Position numbers and translations under genes: made by a program
The notes under the pieces: model-generated
Databases searched by the model: none
The model's input: only the letters and a program-made list of their open reading frames with translations
What the model was told of the DNA's origin: nothing
Shown here: positions 58,951-64,000 of the stretch, piece by piece
Layout: the number at the start of each line of letters is the position of its first letter
How positions within the stretch are numbered: the first letter of the stretch is position 1
NCBI GenBank assembly: GCA_017501465.1
Contig: JAFVWY010000012.1
Location: forward strand, 10,191-74,190
Length of the DNA: 64,000 nucleotides
Reading direction: 5' to 3'
DNA from: Bacilli bacterium
Lineage (GTDB): Bacteria > Bacillota_I > Bacilli_A > ML615J-28 > CAG-313

Positions 58951-60349
58951 TTAATATCTCCTTAACCATCTCAATATCACTAAACTCTCCTAAACTAGTT
59001 TTCGTTTTTTCGATTCCTTTACCAAGAATTAATAAGACTTCATCTTCTTTTAAAATATTTAAAGCATATTGAATTGCTGTAAAACGATTTTGAATAATAA
59101 AAGGTTCTTTCTTTTTTATTCCTTGTAGAATATCGTTTACTATATCAAAAAAGTTTTCTTCTCGATTATTATCTTCAGTTATAATAAATGTGTGACAATA
59201 TCTTTCAACTATATTTCCAATTATTGGCCTTTTGGTTTTATCTCTTGACCCACCACAACCAAATATACAGACGATCTTTGAATATTGTTTTGATAACTCG
59301 TCTAATACTTTTAGAACGGCTACTTCTGTATGAGCATAGTCAATATAAATCGTCTTATCTTTAATAAAATAGCGGTTTAATCTACCAGGAATTAAACTAA
59401 AGTCTTTGATAAATCTGATAAACTCCAAAACATTCAATTCTAAACACTCAACTATCACAAAGGCTAATAAAATATTTTCAATTTGATAACTTCCTAATAA
59501 TGGAGTTAAAAGTTCATATTCCTTTTCTTCTTTGATAATTTTAAAAGCAGTTGTAGTTTGTTCTTTATTAATTATTTTATACGAATAGCTTCCATTTATA
59601 CCATAACTTATAACCTCTTTTGGACAGATATTAGAAAGTAATTCAAAATGACAATTCTGTTTATTTATTACAACTAAACTATTTTCTTTCAATTGATTAA
59701 ACAATAATGCTTTAGAAAATATATAATCACTTTCATCATGATGATAATCAAAATGATCTTTGGTTATATTAGTAAAGCCCACCACATCAAATGAAATTCC
59801 AAATAACCGGTTATTACGAATTCCTTGGCTGCTACACTCAATTACTAAATATTTAGTTTTGTTGTTTTTATGTGATTGATAATATTTGACGATAGTCTGG
59901 TAAATTAATGAAAGATTAGGTGTTGTATTATTGGTTTCTATGTGAATATCATCATAAAAAATCCCATTACTACCAATTAAGACTACTTCTTGATTAACTT
60001 TTTTTAAATAGTTATAGATTAAATATGTAGTTGAAGTTTTACCATTAGTTCCAGTAATACCAATTACTTTAAACTTAGATATTATTTTACGATAATATTT
60101 TTTTAAAAGCATCCCTAAGGTTTTATACGTGTTTGATACTTTAATCAAATTTATATTAGAATAAATTCTTTTAAAGTCTTCTGCAATTATAGTCTTAGCT
60201 CCATTCTTAATTGCCTCTTCAATATAATCATCATTATTTTTATGCATTACAAAAATAGAGTTTTCTATACAATTCTTTGAGTTATCACAAATTAAACTTA
60301 CCTGATAGTTAAATTCACATTTTCTATTTAATAATTTATTTAATTTCAT
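58943..60349 (-). CDS. murE: UDP-MurNAc-tripeptide synthetase MurE
   Basis: GITGTNGKTSTTYL P-loop and MurE-specific DNPR-like ITEDNNRE motif. Confidence 0.8.
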   Translation of the reverse strand: MKLNKLLNRKCEFNYQVSLICDNSKNCIENSIFVMHKNNDDYIEEAIKNGAKTIIAEDFKRIYSNINLIKVSNTYKTLGMLLKKYYRKIISKFKVIGITGTNGKTSTTYLIYNYLKKVNQEVVLIGSNGIFYDDIHIETNNTTPNLSLIYQTIVKYYQSHKNNKTKYLVIECSSQGIRNNRLFGISFDVVGFTNITKDHFDYHHDESDYIFSKALLFNQLKENSLVVINKQNCHFELLSNICPKEVISYGINGSYSYKIINKEQTTTAFKIIKEEKEYELLTPLLGSYQIENILLAFVIVECLELNVLEFIRFIKDFSLIPGRLNRYFIKDKTIYIDYAHTEVAVLKVLDELSKQYSKIVCIFGCGGSRDKTKRPIIGNIVERYCHTFIITEDNNREENFFDIVNDILQGIKKKEPFIIQNRFTAIQYALNILKEDEVLLILGKGIEKTKTSLGEFSDIEMVKEILNV

Positions 60350-60477
60350 TTTATATACCTACTTCTTTCAACAAAACATAATAGATAACTAATTTATATG
60401 ATCGTTTTGTTATCTTAATTCATTGTATGTATATAAATTAATTTTGATTAATAAAAAAAAGGAACTTTCGTTCCTTT

Positions 60478-62031
60478 TTATAATGCATAATCTTCTAAAT
60501 TTATAATACGTGTTGCAACATTTTGATAAAATTCTGCTTCATGACATACCAAAAGAATTGTTCCTGTATATTTTTTAATAGCTTCTTCTAACGCTTCTTT
60601 GGCTAAAACGTCTAAATGATTTGTAGGTTCATCAAGAACCAAACAATTGTATTCACCAATTGTTAGCTTACACAATCTAACCTTTGCTGCTTCACCTCCG
60701 GATAAGGTAATAATTTGAGATTCAATATGTTCATGTGTTAAACCGCACGCAGCTAGTGCAGCATGAACCTCTCCTTGCATTAGGGTTGGAAAACTATCCC
60801 AAATTTCATCTCTTGGTGTATTTCTATTCCCTTCTACTTCTTGTTCGAAATACCCTAATGTAATAGTTATACTTTTTTCAACAGAACCTTTAAATGGTTT
60901 AATAATTCCTAATAAAGTTTTTATCAGAGTAGATTTTCCAACACCATTTATCCCTTTAATTACTAAATGTTCTCCTTTAACAATTTCAATATTAAAAGGC
61001 TTAGTTAATGGTTTATCATAGCCTAAAACAAGATTTTCCGCTTTAAATAAAACTTTTCCCGATGGTCTTCCTTCTTTAAAAGCAAAAGTAGGTTTAATAT
61101 GAACTCTTCCTTTTTCTAAGCGTTCCATTTTATCTAGTTTCTTTTGTCTACTATTGGCCATCCCACGTGTTGCCACACGAGCTTTATTTCTTGCAATGAA
61201 GTCTTCCATTTGTTTTATTTCTCTTTGTTGGGCTTCATATGCCATATCACTTTGTCTTTTCTTCATTTCATATGCTGCAATAAACTGATCGTAATTTCCT
61301 GTATATCTTGTTAGTTCAGCATTATCAATATGATAAACAACATTGATTACCGAATTTAAAAAAGCAATATCGTGTGATACTAAAATAAAGGCATTTTCAA
61401 AGTTATTTAAGAAATTTCGCAACCAATTTATATGATTTTCATCAAGGTAGTTAGTAGGTTCATCTAGAATCAAAATACCTGGATTTTGTAATAAAACCTT
61501 TGTTAAAAGAACCTTTGCTCTTTCACCACCTGATAATTCTGATACATCTTTATCAAGACCAATTGAGTTTAAACCCAACCCATTTGATATTTCTTCAATT
61601 TTAGAGTCAATCATATAAAAACCACTAGATTCTAACATTGATTGCATTTCACCAATATCATCTAATAATTCTTGCATTCTTTCTTCACTACAATCAGCCA
61701 TTTCTTCATAATGTTTGTAGATTTGCTGTTCTAATTCAAACATATAGCTAAACGCTTCTTTTAAATATTCTCTAATTGTTTTACCTTTTGAAAGGGTAGA
61801 ATATTGATCTAAGTAACCAATATCTAAATGTTTTGCCCATTCTATTTTCCCCTCGCTTGGTAATTCATTACCTAAAATAATATTGATAAAAGTAGATTTC
61901 CCTTCGCCGTTTGCGCCGACGATACCTACATGTTCGCCTTTTAATAAACGAAAATTCGCATTTTTTAAAATGTCACGGCCACCAAAATGATGAGAAACAT
62001 TTACTACATTCAATAAACTCATATTTACCAC
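60478..62031 (-). CDS. ABC-F family ATPase (tandem NBDs, no TM domain)
   Basis: Two Walker A (GANGEGKST, GINGVGKST), two signatures (LSGGERAKV, LSGGEAAKV), ~75-aa interdomain linker. Confidence 0.85.
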   Translation of the reverse strand: MVNMSLLNVVNVSHHFGGRDILKNANFRLLKGEHVGIVGANGEGKSTFINIILGNELPSEGKIEWAKHLDIGYLDQYSTLSKGKTIREYLKEAFSYMFELEQQIYKHYEEMADCSEERMQELLDDIGEMQSMLESSGFYMIDSKIEEISNGLGLNSIGLDKDVSELSGGERAKVLLTKVLLQNPGILILDEPTNYLDENHINWLRNFLNNFENAFILVSHDIAFLNSVINVVYHIDNAELTRYTGNYDQFIAAYEMKKRQSDMAYEAQQREIKQMEDFIARNKARVATRGMANSRQKKLDKMERLEKGRVHIKPTFAFKEGRPSGKVLFKAENLVLGYDKPLTKPFNIEIVKGEHLVIKGINGVGKSTLIKTLLGIIKPFKGSVEKSITITLGYFEQEVEGNRNTPRDEIWDSFPTLMQGEVHAALAACGLTHEHIESQIITLSGGEAAKVRLCKLTIGEYNCLVLDEPTNHLDVLAKEALEEAIKKYTGTILLVCHEAEFYQNVATRIINLEDYAL

Positions 62032-62144
62032 CTATTAAAATTTCAACTTTTATATTATAACATAAAATATTGTATTTGTCGAAATAATAGTTTAACAATA
62101 AAAAATGAGATTAATAAAGATAAAAAACTAAAATAAAAATATTG

Positions 62145-64000
62145 TTAACCTAAATATAAAAGAACAGTCCCACCTTCAACAATTGAACTACCAACTTCGG
62201 GGATTTGTGCTATAACTTTTTCTCCTTCCCCAATATATTCAATATTGTATTTATTATTAAGTATAATTTTATCTTTTTCTAAACCAACATAATTTTCTAC
62301 AAGATAGCTCTTCTTATCTATCCAGTATCTTGCATCTAATGGTATACCACCTGATTGTTTAGGAATATTTAAAATAGAAAAACATGATATCATCGCTTCT
62401 TTAATCATTGGTCCGACTGTTACACCACCATATTGAATAGTGTTTTTAGCATTTTTAATTGCAAAATAAACAACTATTTGAGGATCATTCATGGGAGCAA
62501 TCCCTATAAATGATAAAATATATTGATTTTCTAGATAGTGTCCATTTTCTGCAATCTGCGCAGTACCAGTTTTACCACCTATTCTAAATCCTTCTAAATA
62601 TGCAGATCTTCCAGTCCCTAGCGCAACCACATGTTCTAAGGCATCAGCCACCGTTTTAGAGGTTGATTCTTTAATTACTTGTCTTTTAATAATTGGAGTT
62701 GTTTGATAAACAATATCATGAGTATTTGAAATTCCTAATCCTTTTAAAATAGTTGGTTTTAATAAATAACCTCCATTTATAGCAGCACTTGTAGCCGTTA
62801 CTAATTGAATTGCAGATGTACTAATACCTTGACCAAACGCTGATGTGGCTGTTTCTAAATCACTCATTTTTTCAGGATTAAAAATAATTCCTGTTGTTTC
62901 ACCAATTAAGTCAATACCAGTCTTCTCGCCATAACCGAACTTCTTCATATAGTCTATTAATTTATTTTTCCCTAATCTTAAGCCCATTTCCATAAAACCT
63001 GGGTTACAAGAGTTTTGAAGCACTTCTAAAAAAGTTTCAGTTCCATGTCCTCCCTTTTTCCAATCTTTAACCGTTACTCCATTGATGATGCGATAACCTG
63101 GATCATTAAAAGTTTCCTTTAAACTAATTACTTGTTCTTCTAAAGCTGCCGAAAATGTTAAAATTTTTGATGTAGAACCGGGTTCATAAGTCATAAAAAT
63201 TGGCAAGTTCCAATTATATAATTTAGAATCATAGTCCTGATAATTACTTGGATTAAAACTAGGCCTACTTGCCATAGCATAAATTTCTAAAGTTTTAGGG
63301 TTTGCTGCTATCGCAATCACTTCATCAGGATTATACATTGCTACTGCATTGTCAATAATCCTTTCTATAGCAATCTGAATATCTAAATCAATAGTTAAAT
63401 AAATATCAAATCCACTAGAAGCATTATGATACTCATCTGATAAGTCTTCTATTAGATTTCCGTGTGCATCAACATACATCTTGATAGCACCATTTTTTCC
63501 TTTTAACAACGAATCATATTGATATTCAATTCCTGTTAAACCTTGATTATCTATGCCAACAATTCCTAAAACTGGTGCCAAATAATGTTCATATGCATAA
63601 TCTCTAGTTGTATCTGCAACAATATAAACTCCTTTAAAATTTAAAGAAGCAATTTGAGTGGCTTGTTCAATGGAAATTTTCCTAGCTTCTGGTTTAATAA
63701 TTTCGACTGAAACATTCTTTTTTAAATGCTTTAAAATTTGTTTTACATCGCATTTAAGGATCTTTGATAATTGCTTAGCTACTTCTTCTTTATTTTCTAT
63801 TTGTTTGGGAATTACAACTACTGTTGGTGTTAATTTATTACCTACAATCACCTTTCCATTTCTATCGTATATTATTCCCCTTCTAGCCTCAATTGGAGCA
63901 TCTCTAGTCCATAAATCTAATGCATTTAAAAAATATTCATCATTTGCAATAACTTTTAAATATGTTAATCTAATTAAAATAATTAATACTATTAATAAAA
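62145..64000 (-). CDS. ftsI: Class B penicillin-binding protein (FtsI/PBP2B-like); N-terminus beyond window end
   Basis: Transpeptidase SxxK (STSK), SxN, KTGT; frame stays open upstream of the GTG picked by the ORF caller and reads TM + RGIIYDRNG dimerisation motif up to position 64000. Confidence 0.85.
   Translation of the reverse strand, partial: LLIVLIILIRLTYLKVIANDEYFLNALDLWTRDAPIEARRGIIYDRNGKVIVGNKLTPTVVVIPKQIENKEEVAKQLSKILKCDVKQILKHLKKNVSVEIIKPEARKISIEQATQIASLNFKGVYIVADTTRDYAYEHYLAPVLGIVGIDNQGLTGIEYQYDSLLKGKNGAIKMYVDAHGNLIEDLSDEYHNASSGFDIYLTIDLDIQIAIERIIDNAVAMYNPDEVIAIAANPKTLEIYAMASRPSFNPSNYQDYDSKLYNWNLPIFMTYEPGSTSKILTFSAALEEQVISLKETFNDPGYRIINGVTVKDWKKGGHGTETFLEVLQNSCNPGFMEMGLRLGKNKLIDYMKKFGYGEKTGIDLIGETTGIIFNPEKMSDLETATSAFGQGISTSAIQLVTATSAAINGGYLLKPTILKGLGISNTHDIVYQTTPIIKRQVIKESTSKTVADALEHVVALGTGRSAYLEGFRIGGKTGTAQIAENGHYLENQYILSFIGIAPMNDPQIVVYFAIKNAKNTIQYGGVTVGPMIKEAMISCFSILNIPKQSGGIPLDARYWIDKKSYLVENYVGLEKDKIILNNKYNIEYIGEGEKVIAQIPEVGSSIVEGGTVLLYLG

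Noticed and set aside
58943-60349. Calling this Mur ligase MurF
   Set aside because: Position upstream of mraY in dcw order and the DNPR-like ITEDNNRE motif indicate MurE.
1-64000. Possibility of Mollicutes genetic code (TGA = Trp), given the very low GC
   Set aside because: Many ORFs of more than 800 aa are intact under the standard code, Trp is TGG in conserved positions (e.g. WCGPC), and a full peptidoglycan pathway (murD, murE, mraY, PBP, dacA) is present.

Overview
This is a 64 kb, very AT-rich window (roughly 25-30% GC by eye). It uses the standard genetic code: long ORFs with TGA stops are intact and Trp is encoded by TGG. Gene order is classic Firmicutes housekeeping synteny. On the plus strand from 1 to 30.8 kb: phoH-ybeY-cdd-era-yqzL-recO, T-box-glyQS, dnaG-sigA-trmK-nif3, a large lipoprotein, a ferredoxin, yneF, plsY, parE-parC, a cmk::S1 fusion, der, a CNNM/CorC transporter, lepA-hemW, xerD-deoB and an alpha/beta hydrolase. 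On the minus strand from 31.8 to 64 kb: a PHP phosphoesterase, a Fic-like wHTH protein, a frameshifted queH, a PAP2 phosphatase, rluB, dacA, miaA-mutL-mutS, obg-rpmA-prp-rplU, pnuC, ppdK, trxA, a spoIVFA/spoIVFB-like pair, radC, folC, T-box-valS, a GltD-like::NadD fusion gene, and the cell-wall cluster murD-mraY-murE, then an ABC-F ATPase, then the 5' part of a class B PBP (ftsI). Transcription converges on a roughly 960 bp ORF-free, repeat-rich zone at 30.84-31.80 kb, with xerD 3 kb away, which suggests a replication-terminus-like region. Items worth a second look are: a dispersed palindromic repeat family (core GAGCGTTTGA / TCGAACGC flanked by AAACCC/GGGTTT); a GltD-like Fe-S flavoprotein fused to NadD; a degenerate-Fic wHTH protein in an operon with a PHP phosphoesterase; a SpoIVFA/SpoIVFB-like pair in conserved synteny; a Cmk-S1 fusion; a split queH; and a lipoprotein with MBG repeats and a DUF885-like domain. 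No rRNA, tRNA, CRISPR array or obvious IS/transposase was seen. All calls rest on motif recognition and synteny; no searches were run.
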